Assembly (NCBI GenBank): GCA_903869825.1
Contig: CAIQAL010000028.1
Span: 1,315 to 65,314 of the forward strand
Length of the DNA: 64,000 nt
Direction: 5' to 3'
DNA from: an uncultured bacterium
GTDB lineage: Bacteria > Patescibacteriota > Minisyncoccia > Phycocordibacterales > UBA9973
Shown: in pieces, positions 52,955 to 62,858 of the stretch
Layout of the letters: every line of letters begins with the position of its first letter
Position numbering within the stretch: position 1 is the stretch's first letter
Position numbers and translations under genes: made by a program
Notes under the pieces: model-generated
Told to the model about the DNA's origin: nothing
The model's database searches: none
The model's input: the letters and a program-made list of their open reading frames with translations, nothing else

Positions 52955-55174
52955 TTATTTCGCGATTGCAGTTGCTTCGTCGAACTTTACGGAAAGAAGT
53001 CGTGATGCTCCATCGGCACCGACAGTGACTCCGTAGAGTACTCCAGCCCGGGACATTGTTTCTCGGTTATGGGTTACCACCACCAATTGTGAGTGTTTCG
53101 ATAGTTTTTCGAGCATATCACCAAATTTACGGGAATTGGCCTCATCTAGCGCTGCGTCAGTCTCATCAAGTACTAAAAATGGTGGTGGATTAACCTGTGA
53201 CATAGCAAACAGAAGTGCAATAGAAGTAAGAGACCTTTCCCCCCCGGACAGAGCATGAAGTTCCTTCACTTTTTTATGTGGCAAAGAAACATTTATTTCT
53301 ATCCCAGTTTCTGGGGCTTTTTCTCCTTCCTCTACATTTTCTTCCTCATCTTTTTTCTTCTGTTCAGCAATTACCGTAAGGTGTCCTGTTCCTCCTCCAA
53401 ACATCAAAGTGAAAAATTCCTGAAACTCTTTATTTATCTTTCTGATTCCTTCTTCAAATTCAATCCCGATTTTTTCTTTCAGTTCTACCATCAAGACCCT
53501 CAAGGACTCTATGCTTTTCTCTAAATCTTCCATCTCTTTCGCTAAAAATAGATCACGTTCTTTTACTTCCTCAAATTCTTTCATCACTTCGGTTTCTCCT
53601 CCTGCTCCGACATCTTCCAATTTTATTTTTATTCTTTCAATTTTTCTCTTCTGTTCTTCCTGACTCAATGTGAATATTTCTGGTACTTCAAAATTTTTAT
53701 ATTGAAGAATCTCCGTCCCTACCAAAACGGACCCTTCTTGTATTTCGGTCTCAAAAGTTTCCATCTCCTTCTTCAAATTTTCTTCTTTTACTTTTATTAG
53801 TTCCAAATGAGAGCTAAGTTCTTGAAATTTTACCTTGTGGGCAAATTTTTCCCTTTCTTTTTCTCTTTCCTCCGCCACAACTCCAGCTATTTCTCCCTTT
53901 ACTTTTAAGATAGATTCTTGTAATTTCTTTTCTTCAGCCTCAATTTTACCCATTTCCATCAATACTTTTTCTCGAGTTTCTTTGAGTTCTGTTATTTGAG
54001 AGCTAACTTCTACCACTCCCCCTTCTTTAAAATGTTTCGCAAAACGATTTAAAATATCTTTAATTTTTCCGAGTAAGGGTGCTATGTTTTCTAGAACATC
54101 CATATACATTGCTTCTTCCAGGTACTCATTTGATTCACGTAAAAAGGCTTCAAGCTCTTCTCTCGGAACAGAAATGTGCTCAGATAGTTTTGGTTTTGCT
54201 GTCCGTCTTTCTTCCATCTCAATCATTCCTTCTATCCTCCCTAATTTCCTTTCGATTTCACTTTTTACTCTTCGAATCTCATAAAACTTTTCTTCAAAAC
54301 TTTTTAGCTCATTTTCTTTGATATTTTCGATTTTCGAAATATTCTCTTCAGATTCAGAAATCTGAGGAGCAATTTTAGAAATTTCTTCTTCTGTTTTATT
54401 TTTTTCCGAAACAAAATTCTTATTTTCTGTTTCGAGATGGATACTTTCTCTTTTTAAATATTCCTGATACAAAGCTAACAATTCTTCTTGCATTCCTTTA
54501 GCTTTTTCAAATTTTTCAACTTGTTTCTTTAGGAAATTAAGGTGCGGGGCATTTTCTCTTCGTAAGAGAGAAACCTCCTTCATGTTGTTTATTGTTCTTT
54601 CAAGTTTACGTTCAGATTCCTTTATCTTATATTGATATATCTTGAGTCCAAGAGCATCTTCAATCATTTCTTTTCGATCTTTAGCTGAAGCATTTAGAAT
54701 TCTATCCGCTTCTCCTTGGGAAATAATATGGTGACCTGAAGAACCGATATTCACCGAGGAAAGCAAGTTATTAATATCTTTTAACCGAACTTCCGAACCG
54801 TTTAAAATATATTTATTTAATCCATCCGAATACACTTCCCGGCCAATCGAAGCAGTGTCAAAATTGAGGTCAATCGCTTCTCCTCCTTCATTGGTAAGTT
54901 TAAATATTTTATCGGAATTATTAAAATATATTGATACTCCCGCTCTAGAACTTTTTGATAAAGTCTTCGAACCTTTAAAAATGAGGTCGAGTCCCGCTTT
55001 TCCTCGCATAGATTTCATTGATTGTTCTCCAAGCACAAATCGAAATGCTTCTACTACGTTTGATTTTCCGGAACCATTCGGCCCAACTACTGCCACAATC
55101 GGACTTTCAAAATCCAAACTTGTTTTTTTGGCAAAAGATTTGAAGCCATTTATTTCTAAGGATTTTAATCGCAT
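52955..55174 (-). CDS. SMC-family ATPase, short form without recognisable hinge
   Basis: N-terminal FKSFAKKT...GPNGSGKSN Walker A; C-terminal LSGGERSLTSIALLFAM signature and LVLDETDAALD Walker B; ~450 aa of coiled coil between. Confidence 0.65.
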   Translation of the reverse strand: MRLKSLEINGFKSFAKKTSLDFESPIVAVVGPNGSGKSNVVEAFRFVLGEQSMKSMRGKAGLDLIFKGSKTLSKSSRAGVSIYFNNSDKIFKLTNEGGEAIDLNFDTASIGREVYSDGLNKYILNGSEVRLKDINNLLSSVNIGSSGHHIISQGEADRILNASAKDRKEMIEDALGLKIYQYKIKESERKLERTINNMKEVSLLRRENAPHLNFLKKQVEKFEKAKGMQEELLALYQEYLKRESIHLETENKNFVSEKNKTEEEISKIAPQISESEENISKIENIKENELKSFEEKFYEIRRVKSEIERKLGRIEGMIEMEERRTAKPKLSEHISVPREELEAFLRESNEYLEEAMYMDVLENIAPLLGKIKDILNRFAKHFKEGGVVEVSSQITELKETREKVLMEMGKIEAEEKKLQESILKVKGEIAGVVAEEREKEREKFAHKVKFQELSSHLELIKVKEENLKKEMETFETEIQEGSVLVGTEILQYKNFEVPEIFTLSQEEQKRKIERIKIKLEDVGAGGETEVMKEFEEVKERDLFLAKEMEDLEKSIESLRVLMVELKEKIGIEFEEGIRKINKEFQEFFTLMFGGGTGHLTVIAEQKKKDEEENVEEGEKAPETGIEINVSLPHKKVKELHALSGGERSLTSIALLFAMSQVNPPPFLVLDETDAALDEANSRKFGDMLEKLSKHSQLVVVTHNRETMSRAGVLYGVTVGADGASRLLSVKFDEATAIAK

Positions 55175-55175
55175 G

Positions 55176-55871
55176 TTAATCGAGCCAGTTTTTTGTTTTT
55201 AAAGCATACATCGCCGCAGATTGTTCGGCTTCCTGTTTTGACTTCCCTTTCCCTTCAGCAATAAGTGCAAGACCAAAATATATTCCGACCGTAAAATGTT
55301 TATCGTGATCCGGACCAGCTTCATGTAGTACTTTATAGGAAGGAGTGACATTCACAAATTCTTGCGCTTTTTCCTGTACTAAGCTTTTTGAGTCCCGCCA
55401 GAGTTTTTTTGAAACAATTTCTTCGGTATGGGGCAATAGTATCTTACCAATAAAAATATCAGCGCTATCGTACCCTTGATCCAAATAAATAGCTCCAATC
55501 AGTGCTTCAAAAGTGTTGGCTAAAATATATTGTCTTGCTTTTCCGATATCTTTTGATTCTCCTTTTGAGAGCAGAAGATAATCGTTCATTCCAACTTCTG
55601 AGGCAACTTCTGAAATAATTATTGCATTAACCAAGGCTGAACGAAGAGAGGTCAACTCCCCTTCGGCATAACCTGGATATTTTTTGTAGAGAAAATCAGT
55701 AACAACAAGCTCCAACACGGCATCACCCAAAAACTCCAATCGTTCGTTGTGCGAGAGTCCGGCACTTGGATTTTCATTTATATAGGAACGATGGATAAAA
55801 GCTTGCCGAAGTAAATTCTTATCCTTAAAAAATACGTTTATTTTTTTTTCAAAATCTGAAAAATTAATCAT
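55176..55871 (-). CDS. rnc: ribonuclease III
   Basis: NERLEFLGDAVLEL RNase III signature, C-terminal dsRBD. Confidence 0.9.
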   Translation of the reverse strand: MINFSDFEKKINVFFKDKNLLRQAFIHRSYINENPSAGLSHNERLEFLGDAVLELVVTDFLYKKYPGYAEGELTSLRSALVNAIIISEVASEVGMNDYLLLSKGESKDIGKARQYILANTFEALIGAIYLDQGYDSADIFIGKILLPHTEEIVSKKLWRDSKSLVQEKAQEFVNVTPSYKVLHEAGPDHDKHFTVGIYFGLALIAEGKGKSKQEAEQSAAMYALKTKNWLD

Positions 55872-55944
55872 AGAGATTTTGACTCTAGACTTTAGATATT
55901 AATTTCACTTACTATCTACAGTCTAAGGCCCTGTTCATTTTAAT

Positions 55945-56865
55945 CTACTCTTTTAATTTGCTAATAATTTCGATTGCTTTTGTTATTAATGGCACAATAT
56001 CATTATAAATCCTAAGTTCGGGAATTTCAGAAAATTGAAACCACCTTGCCCCATCAAGGCCACCTGAAGCTTCCAGCTGTAATTCACGGTATTCACTCTC
56101 TGCTAAAAAATATGCAACTTTTTTCAAGGTCTTCCCGTTCTCTGGATGACTGGCCACATATTGATTATCCCCCAGTTTTTCTTTAATAACTATATCGAGA
56201 CCAATCTCTTCTTTTATTTTTCTTTTTGTACCTTCTTCCAAGCTTTCATTTTTTGATTCAGGGGTATCCCCAACTTTTCCTTTGGACAGAGTCCAGTAGC
56301 CAAAAACATCATGCACTAAGGCAAATAGAATCTCGTTCCCTCTCTTTGCATAGATTAATGCTCCCCCCAACTTTTCAACCGGGAGTTTTGTAATATCAAT
56401 CGGCTCTTCTACTTTTTTCTTTTTACTTTTCTCTTCTTTCCCTGGTTCTCCAATTTCTTTATAAACCGCACCAAGAACACCGTTAATAAACTTACTGGAG
56501 TTTTCTCCGCCGTAAGTTTTCGCGAGTTCAATCGCTTCGTTGATGGCAACTTTTGGAGGCACTTGAGTCCTATCGCCAAATAAAAGCTCGTCTAGGCCAA
56601 TTCTTAGGATATTTTTATCAATGTAAGAAATTTTATCAAGTGGCCAGTCGGGAGCGGCTTTTTCGATAATTTCGTCAATAACTTTTATTTTTTTTATTAT
56701 TTGTTCTAGTAACGCAAACACAAAAGCATCATCTTCAAGTCCTGGAGCGAATTCTTTCAGGTTGCGCATAGCAACTTCTTGTATTTCAATATCTTTCCCA
56801 TTAGCAAAATCCCACTCAAAAAGAGTCTGAAGAACTATTGATCTTGAAAGGTGCCGATTCGCCAT
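55945..56865 (-). CDS. nusB: NusB-family antitermination factor fused to C-terminal Nudix-like domain
   Basis: N-terminal 140 aa NusB-like (RHLSRSIVLQTLFEWDF, KFINGVLGAV); C-terminal ~150 aa with degenerate Nudix box E-SLEEGTK-RKIKEEIGL. Confidence 0.6.
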   Translation of the reverse strand: MANRHLSRSIVLQTLFEWDFANGKDIEIQEVAMRNLKEFAPGLEDDAFVFALLEQIIKKIKVIDEIIEKAAPDWPLDKISYIDKNILRIGLDELLFGDRTQVPPKVAINEAIELAKTYGGENSSKFINGVLGAVYKEIGEPGKEEKSKKKKVEEPIDITKLPVEKLGGALIYAKRGNEILFALVHDVFGYWTLSKGKVGDTPESKNESLEEGTKRKIKEEIGLDIVIKEKLGDNQYVASHPENGKTLKKVAYFLAESEYRELQLEASGGLDGARWFQFSEIPELRIYNDIVPLITKAIEIISKLKE

Positions 56866-56882
56866 AAATTAATGAACAAAAA

Positions 56883-57113
56883 TTATTTTCCTGCTGCTAC
56901 TTGTTTTGCTTTTGCCTTCTTTTGTTTCTTTTCAACTTTTTTGACCATATCTATTACCTTCATTCCGCGATAAAAGCCGCAAGCGGGGCAAACGTTATGT
57001 CGTCTTTTTAATTCAGCACAATTTTCACACTTCGCAAAGGAAGTGGCTACCAAGGCGTGATGAGAACGCCTATTTGCTGTATGCGATTTTGTATGCCTCA
57101 TTCGTACTACCAT
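56883..57113 (-). CDS. rpmF: 50S ribosomal protein L32
   Basis: RHTKSHTANRRSHHAL and CPACGFYRG motifs. Confidence 0.8.
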   Translation of the reverse strand: MVVRMRHTKSHTANRRSHHALVATSFAKCENCAELKRRHNVCPACGFYRGMKVIDMVKKVEKKQKKAKAKQVAAGK

Positions 57114-57166
57114 AATGTCTTTTATACTAGCATATCTAACAAGAAATGCAAAATATCCATTTCATA

Positions 57167-57724
57167 CTAATTTTGATTAGATAAATTAATTTTTGTATCA
57201 CTGTTTGTTGTAGATTTTTCGCAATCTGTTTGTTTATTTAATTTTATTGTAGATAATATTTCATTATAAGCAGAAACTACTTCAGAATTACTGTTGTTCG
57301 TAACTATCACATAGCCATCTCCTACACTCTTGCATAGTTTATATCCTATGTATTCACAAGATTCAAAAGGAAAGTTAATTAATATTGCCTCACCACCGTC
57401 TTTTGGCTTAATTTCTGTATTCAGGATGCCTCCCCCTGGGACATTACCTTCTAATGGTTTTGTTTCTTTTACAGAAAATCCTTTTGGATAGCTAAAACTA
57501 AAAGCCTCTTTTGAAATAGCTGACATCTCGCAAGGAGTTTTGTATGAGATGACTTCAACTTGATTGAAGGCGATATTATTTTGGCTTGCTTGTGGTAAAT
57601 TATTTTCTGTCACACTTGATGAAAAAGTATTAGATTTTTTTCCAGTATAAAACGCAATACCTCCAATTACTAAAATGATTATAATAATCACAAGCCCAAT
57701 AATGATTTTTTTATCTTTATTCAT
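57167..57724 (-). CDS. membrane-anchored hypothetical protein
   Basis: 185 aa, N-terminal TM, Cys-containing extracellular domain. Confidence 0.35.
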   Translation of the reverse strand: MNKDKKIIIGLVIIIIILVIGGIAFYTGKKSNTFSSSVTENNLPQASQNNIAFNQVEVISYKTPCEMSAISKEAFSFSYPKGFSVKETKPLEGNVPGGGILNTEIKPKDGGEAILINFPFESCEYIGYKLCKSVGDGYVIVTNNSNSEVVSAYNEILSTIKLNKQTDCEKSTTNSDTKINLSNQN

Positions 57725-57784
57725 ATAAGGAGATTATATACCAAAAATTTCAAAAACTAGCAGAATGTGATAACATAAAGACAT

Positions 57785-59533
57785 ATGGAACAAAATGAAA
57801 AACTACATAATTTAAGACATACCTTGGCGCACTTGCTCGCCGCCGCGGTTTTGGAAATGTACCCGAACACCAAAAACACTATTGGCCCTTCAATTGATGA
57901 CGGCTTTTATTATGACTTTGAATTCTCATCCCCTATTTCTGACAAGGACTTACCAAAAATTGAAAAGAAAATGAGAGAAATTTTAAAATCTTGGAAAGAA
58001 CTTACTCATGAGAAAAAAACAGAAAGTGAAGCGAAAGAATATTTTGCTAATAATGAATATAAATTAGAATTAATAGATGAAATTGTAAGCAAAAAAGAAC
58101 CGATTACTTTCTATACTTGTGGAAAATTTACCGACCTTTGCCGTGGCGGACATTTGAAAAATCCGAAAGCAGAAATCGCCGATGGCTCATTTAAACTAGA
58201 CCGCGTCGCTGGCGCATATTGGCGCGGAAACGAAAAAAATAAAATGTTGACCCGTATTTACGGACTCGCATTTGAAACCAAAGAAGAACTGGAAAAATAT
58301 TTAAACCAAAAAGAAGAAGCTCGAAAAAGAGATCACAAAAAAATAGGAAAAGAATTGAAATTGTTTACTATTTCCGAGTTGGTTGGAAAAGGCTTACCGA
58401 TGCTCATGCCTCGCGGCAACATCATTAAAACAGAACTTGAAAAATTTATTCGTTCAAAAAAAGAAGCACTCGATTATTCATTTGTTACAATTCCACATAT
58501 CGCGAGAAAAGAACTCTATATCAGAAGTGGCCATATGGGCAAATACGATGCAATGATGCCGACAATGACTGATGAAAATGGTGACGAATTTGTAATGAAA
58601 GCAATGAACTGCCCACACCACTTTGAGATTTATAATGCCGAACCACACACTTACAAAGACCTTCCTCTCAGGCTCGCAGAAAATACTACTGTATATCGAA
58701 ATGAAAAATCTGGAGAGTTAGCTGGACTTTTGAGAGTAAAAAACATAACTCAAGACGATACTCACCATTTTGTCACCCCAGACCAGATAAGAACAGAAAT
58801 TGAAATGATTTTTAATTTAATGCGGGAAGTTTATGAAGTTTTTGGTTTTAAAGATTATAAAGTTGAAATCTCAGTCAGAGATAAATCAAATAAAGCAAAA
58901 TATTTTGGCAGCGATGAAGTCTGGGAAAAAGCAGAAAATATTTTAATTGAATCGGCAAAGAAATTGGGCTTAAAATACACCGTCGAAGAAGGCGAGGCAG
59001 CATTCTATGGACCAAAAATCGATATAAAAGTAAAAGACTCTATTGGCCGGGAATGGCAATTAACCACCATCCAGCTTGATTTCAACCAACCAGAAAATTT
59101 TGAAATGGATTACGTTGGACCAGATGGCAAGAAACACCGAGTGGTAGTGCTCCATGTTGCCGTTCTTGGTTCTTTTGAAAGATTTATGGGAGTTCTGATT
59201 GAACACTATGCTGGAGCCTTTCCTACTTGGCTCTCCCCAGTGCAGGTCGCTATTATTCCTGTGCGAGAAAACCACGAAGGAGAAGCAAAAAAACTTTTTG
59301 ATACTTTAAAAGAATCTAATGTCCGAGTAGAAATTTTTGGGTCAGACGATAGCCTCGGCAAACGCATTCATGCTGCTAAAGATATGAAAACCCCGTACGT
59401 AATAGTGTTGGGAGACAAAGAAGTCGCTTCTGGAGAATTAACAATCGAAAACCGAGATGGCACCAAAACTGAGAATATTTCTTCTCTTGGATTCATGGAA
59501 AAACTCAAAAAAGAGATAGAAGGGAAAAAATAA
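57785..59533 (+). CDS. thrS: threonyl-tRNA synthetase lacking N-terminal TGS (N1) domain
   Basis: editing-domain motifs HTLAHLLAAAV / GPSIDDGFYYDFE, class II core (RDHKKIGKEL..., motif 2/3), C-terminal anticodon-binding domain; 582 aa. Confidence 0.9.
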   Translation: MEQNEKLHNLRHTLAHLLAAAVLEMYPNTKNTIGPSIDDGFYYDFEFSSPISDKDLPKIEKKMREILKSWKELTHEKKTESEAKEYFANNEYKLELIDEIVSKKEPITFYTCGKFTDLCRGGHLKNPKAEIADGSFKLDRVAGAYWRGNEKNKMLTRIYGLAFETKEELEKYLNQKEEARKRDHKKIGKELKLFTISELVGKGLPMLMPRGNIIKTELEKFIRSKKEALDYSFVTIPHIARKELYIRSGHMGKYDAMMPTMTDENGDEFVMKAMNCPHHFEIYNAEPHTYKDLPLRLAENTTVYRNEKSGELAGLLRVKNITQDDTHHFVTPDQIRTEIEMIFNLMREVYEVFGFKDYKVEISVRDKSNKAKYFGSDEVWEKAENILIESAKKLGLKYTVEEGEAAFYGPKIDIKVKDSIGREWQLTTIQLDFNQPENFEMDYVGPDGKKHRVVVLHVAVLGSFERFMGVLIEHYAGAFPTWLSPVQVAIIPVRENHEGEAKKLFDTLKESNVRVEIFGSDDSLGKRIHAAKDMKTPYVIVLGDKEVASGELTIENRDGTKTENISSLGFMEKLKKEIEGKK

Positions 59534-59537
59534 AACT

Positions 59538-60140
59538 ATGAGCAAGGCTCTGGAGCTAAAAAAAATTCATGAACACTGGTTTACGAACTGCAAATGTGAG
59601 CTAAGGAAAACTGCAATCCAACCCGTACCGGGAGATGGCAACCCAGAAGCCAAAATCGTCTTTATCGGCGAGGCTCCGGGGAAAAGTGAGGATGCTCAGG
59701 GAATTCCTTTTGTTGGCGCTGCCGGGAAATTTTTAGCCGAAATGCTTGAAGCCATTCATTTAAAACGAGAGGATATCTATATTACAAACATCGTTAAATA
59801 TCGTCCACCAAATAATCGCGACCCACTCCCCGAGGAAAAAGATGCTTGTCGGGAATGGCTTTTAGAAGAATTAAATTGCATCAACCCTCTCCTAATAGTT
59901 TTTCTTGGCCGACATTCAATGAATGATTTCTTTCCACTAGAAACAATTTCAAATGTGCACGGAAAACTTTTGATTAAGAAATTTAATAAAATTAATACAA
60001 AACACTTTCTCCCTCTCTATCATCCAGCGGCCGCCCTTTATAATGGCTCTATGCGCGAAACCCTAATGCAGGATTTCAAAAAAATCCCAAAGATTTTGGA
60101 AAAAATCAACAACACTCCAACAAGATCCGAAATTTTTTGA
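59538..60140 (+). CDS. udg: uracil-DNA glycosylase, family 4
   Basis: GEAPGKSEDAQGIPFVGAAGKFL motif A, HPAAALY motif B; N-terminal Cys (CKCELRK) for Fe-S. Confidence 0.8.
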   Translation: MSKALELKKIHEHWFTNCKCELRKTAIQPVPGDGNPEAKIVFIGEAPGKSEDAQGIPFVGAAGKFLAEMLEAIHLKREDIYITNIVKYRPPNNRDPLPEEKDACREWLLEELNCINPLLIVFLGRHSMNDFFPLETISNVHGKLLIKKFNKINTKHFLPLYHPAAALYNGSMRETLMQDFKKIPKILEKINNTPTRSEIF

Positions 60141-60198
60141 GAGATGCCGAAAAACGAGAATCATCTACATATGTCAAGACTTGTGTAATTAAAATCTA

Positions 60199-60567
60199 TT
60201 ACCAAGAATTGCGTATTCCTTTTTCATCTGTAATCAGGCTCCTGCAATCATAACCGAAAAGTGGAATTTGCTCTCCAGTGCTAACAGAATTAAAACCAGA
60301 AATTTCATTAATAAGAAAAGAACCTGTTTGTAATCCTTGTAAGTTAAAGTAAAAATTTTGAAAAAAATTATCAGTTGGAGAACTTGATGTACCCGCTGTA
60401 ATTACATACAGTGTTTCGTCTTTTTTTATACACAAATCTATTGATATAACATGATCCTTTTTATATCTGTCTTCTTTAAGTAAACCTGTATATTTTTCAG
60501 ACACGTTGTTAGGTAAATGCAATCTTCTGATCTTTATTTCCTTACTTAAATAAGTAAAAACAATCAA
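60199..60567 (-). CDS. hypothetical membrane-anchored protein
   Basis: 122 aa, N-terminal TM. Confidence 0.3.
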   Translation of the reverse strand: MIVFTYLSKEIKIRRLHLPNNVSEKYTGLLKEDRYKKDHVISIDLCIKKDETLYVITAGTSSSPTDNFFQNFYFNLQGLQTGSFLINEISGFNSVSTGEQIPLFGYDCRSLITDEKGIRNSW

Positions 60568-60627
60568 AACAATAATGGTTATTGAAAAAACAATAATTAT
60601 TTTTTCTTATTACGATTATATATGCTA

Positions 60628-62706
60628 TTAAATATCAATCTCTGCAAGCTTGGCATTGGATTGAATGAAAGATTTGCGTGGTGGTACTTCAGAGCCCATC
60701 AGGATATCGAAAATTTTATTAGCCTCTTCAGCGTCTCCAATGTCTACCCTTTTTATAATTCGGTGTACTGGATCCATTGTGGTTTCCCAAAGTTCTTCCG
60801 GATTCATTTCTCCGAGACCTTTGTAACGCTGAATATGAACTTTCGTTGATTTTGTTTTTGCTTCTTTTTCTTCCTCTTTTTCTTCTTCCTCTGTTTCTTC
60901 TCCTCCTTCGCCTGGTTCAACGTTCTCTATTTCAGTCACTTCGGCACCGCGCCCGACAATTTTTATTTTTTCTTCATCACTATAAGCGTAGTTTATTTCT
61001 TTTCCTTTTTTAATTTTATAAAGTGGTGGTTGAGCAATATAAATATATCCAGCTTCCACGATCGGTCTAAAGTATCGGTAAAATAAAGTAAGAAGCAATG
61101 TCCTGATGTGCGCTCCGTCCACGTCGGCATCGGTTGCGATAATTATTTTATGGTAGCGCATTTTTTCAAGATCAAAAGTATCTCCAATAGAAGTTCCCAT
61201 CGCAATCACGAGTGCTCGGACTTCTTTTGAAGCAAGCATCTTATCAATCCGAGCTCGTTCCACGTTTAAAATTTTTCCGCGCAGTGGCAAAATAGCTTGG
61301 GTCCGTCGGTCACGTCCTTGTTTGGCTGAACCACCGGCCGAATCTCCCTCTACCAAAAACAACTCCGAATCCTCGGCGCTTTTACTCTGGCAATCGGCAA
61401 GTTTTCCGGGCAAGGTCATCCCTTCTAGGGCTCCTTTTCGTAATACAGAATCTTTTGCTGCTTTGGCTGCCTTTCGGGCTTTAAGAGCCAAAATTGACTT
61501 ACTTATGATGGCTTTTGCCTCATCCGGGTTCTCCTCCAAAAAGCTGGCAAACGCTTCACCAAAGACCATTCCAACAGCCCCTTGGGCTTCCATGCTACCG
61601 AGCTTTGCTTTGGTTTGTCCTTCGAATTGAATCTCCCGAAGTTTTACGGAAATGACTGCGGTCAATCCTTCCAAAACATCATCTCCGGTAAAGCCACCTT
61701 CCGACTCTTTCATCATCTCATTTTTTTTACAGTAAGTATTTAAGGTTCTGGTGAGCGCTGTTTTGAAGCCCGTTACATGAGTTCCTCCTTCTGCAGTGTA
61801 AATATTATTTGCAAATGGAATAATCCGATCTACAATATCGTCCACGTATTGAAGAGCTATTTCCACTCCAACTCCATCCATCTCTTTTTCAATATAAAAA
61901 ATAGTATTTTGGACTGGCTTTTGAAATTTATTGTAATATTTAATAAGCGAGATAAGTCCTCCTTCAAAATAAAACGAAACGGAAGGAACTTCAAGCCCTA
62001 TTTCCTTGAAATAGAAAAAATCGTGCTTAGCAATTTCTTTTTCATCCTCTTCCCGAGCATCAATGATTGAGACATTCAGGCCTTTTACCAAATAAGCTTG
62101 TTGGCGAATATGGCTCACCACCGTACTCCAATCGAATTTTATATCCTTAAAAATTTCTACGTCGGGCTGGAATGTGATAATTGTACCTTGCAATTTTGAG
62201 GAACCGATTTTTTTGACGGCTGCTTTTTTCTTTCCTTGAGAATATTCCTGAACATATCTTCCGCCGTCTTTATGCACTTCCGCTTTGCAATAAATCGAAA
62301 GGGCATTCACGACAGAGGCACCCACTCCATGCAAACCACCTGAGACTTTATATCCTTCGCCGCCAAACTTTCCACCGGCGTGAAGCGTGGTCATAACGGT
62401 TTCAAGGGCAGAAACTTTTGTCTTTTTATGAATATCCACCGGGATACCTCGGCCATTGTCCGCTACTCGAATACGATTTCCCGGTAAAAGGACGACTTCA
62501 ATGTCATTACAAAAACCTCCCATCGCTTCGTCGCGTGAGTTATCAAAAATTTCCCAAATCAAATGGTGCAATCCTTCAGGACCAGTGGTCCCAATATACA
62601 TTCCTGGACGACGCCGAACTGGATCGAGTCCTTCCAAAACCGAAATGTCCGAAGCGTCATAGTGATGTCCATTTCCTGCCTTTTTAACTTCTTTTTCTTT
62701 TGCCAT
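60628..62706 (-). CDS. gyrB: DNA gyrase subunit B (with acidic E/K-rich insertion near C-terminus)
   Basis: GHKL ATPase motifs (HHLIWEIFDNSRDEA, GLHGVGASVVNALS), TOPRIM (EGDSAGGSAK), C-terminal tail; low-complexity EEEEKEEEKE insert. Confidence 0.85.
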   Translation of the reverse strand: MAKEKEVKKAGNGHHYDASDISVLEGLDPVRRRPGMYIGTTGPEGLHHLIWEIFDNSRDEAMGGFCNDIEVVLLPGNRIRVADNGRGIPVDIHKKTKVSALETVMTTLHAGGKFGGEGYKVSGGLHGVGASVVNALSIYCKAEVHKDGGRYVQEYSQGKKKAAVKKIGSSKLQGTIITFQPDVEIFKDIKFDWSTVVSHIRQQAYLVKGLNVSIIDAREEDEKEIAKHDFFYFKEIGLEVPSVSFYFEGGLISLIKYYNKFQKPVQNTIFYIEKEMDGVGVEIALQYVDDIVDRIIPFANNIYTAEGGTHVTGFKTALTRTLNTYCKKNEMMKESEGGFTGDDVLEGLTAVISVKLREIQFEGQTKAKLGSMEAQGAVGMVFGEAFASFLEENPDEAKAIISKSILALKARKAAKAAKDSVLRKGALEGMTLPGKLADCQSKSAEDSELFLVEGDSAGGSAKQGRDRRTQAILPLRGKILNVERARIDKMLASKEVRALVIAMGTSIGDTFDLEKMRYHKIIIATDADVDGAHIRTLLLTLFYRYFRPIVEAGYIYIAQPPLYKIKKGKEINYAYSDEEKIKIVGRGAEVTEIENVEPGEGGEETEEEEKEEEKEAKTKSTKVHIQRYKGLGEMNPEELWETTMDPVHRIIKRVDIGDAEEANKIFDILMGSEVPPRKSFIQSNAKLAEIDI

Positions 62707-62858
62707 TATATGTTAAATTTATCCTTATAATTCTGCTTAAAAAATATTTACCCGCCGACCGGCGGGAAAGCAAAAAACGAGTTTTCTGCTTTGTATATTA
62801 TATCAAAAAACAAGAGAAAAAACCAGCCAAATTTGCTTTAATAGTGGATATTTTAATC

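Noticed and set aside
60777-62070. + strand ORFs (78-102 aa) inside gyrB
   Set aside because: Antisense to a highly conserved gene; repetitive L/F-rich translations of the acidic-insert region.
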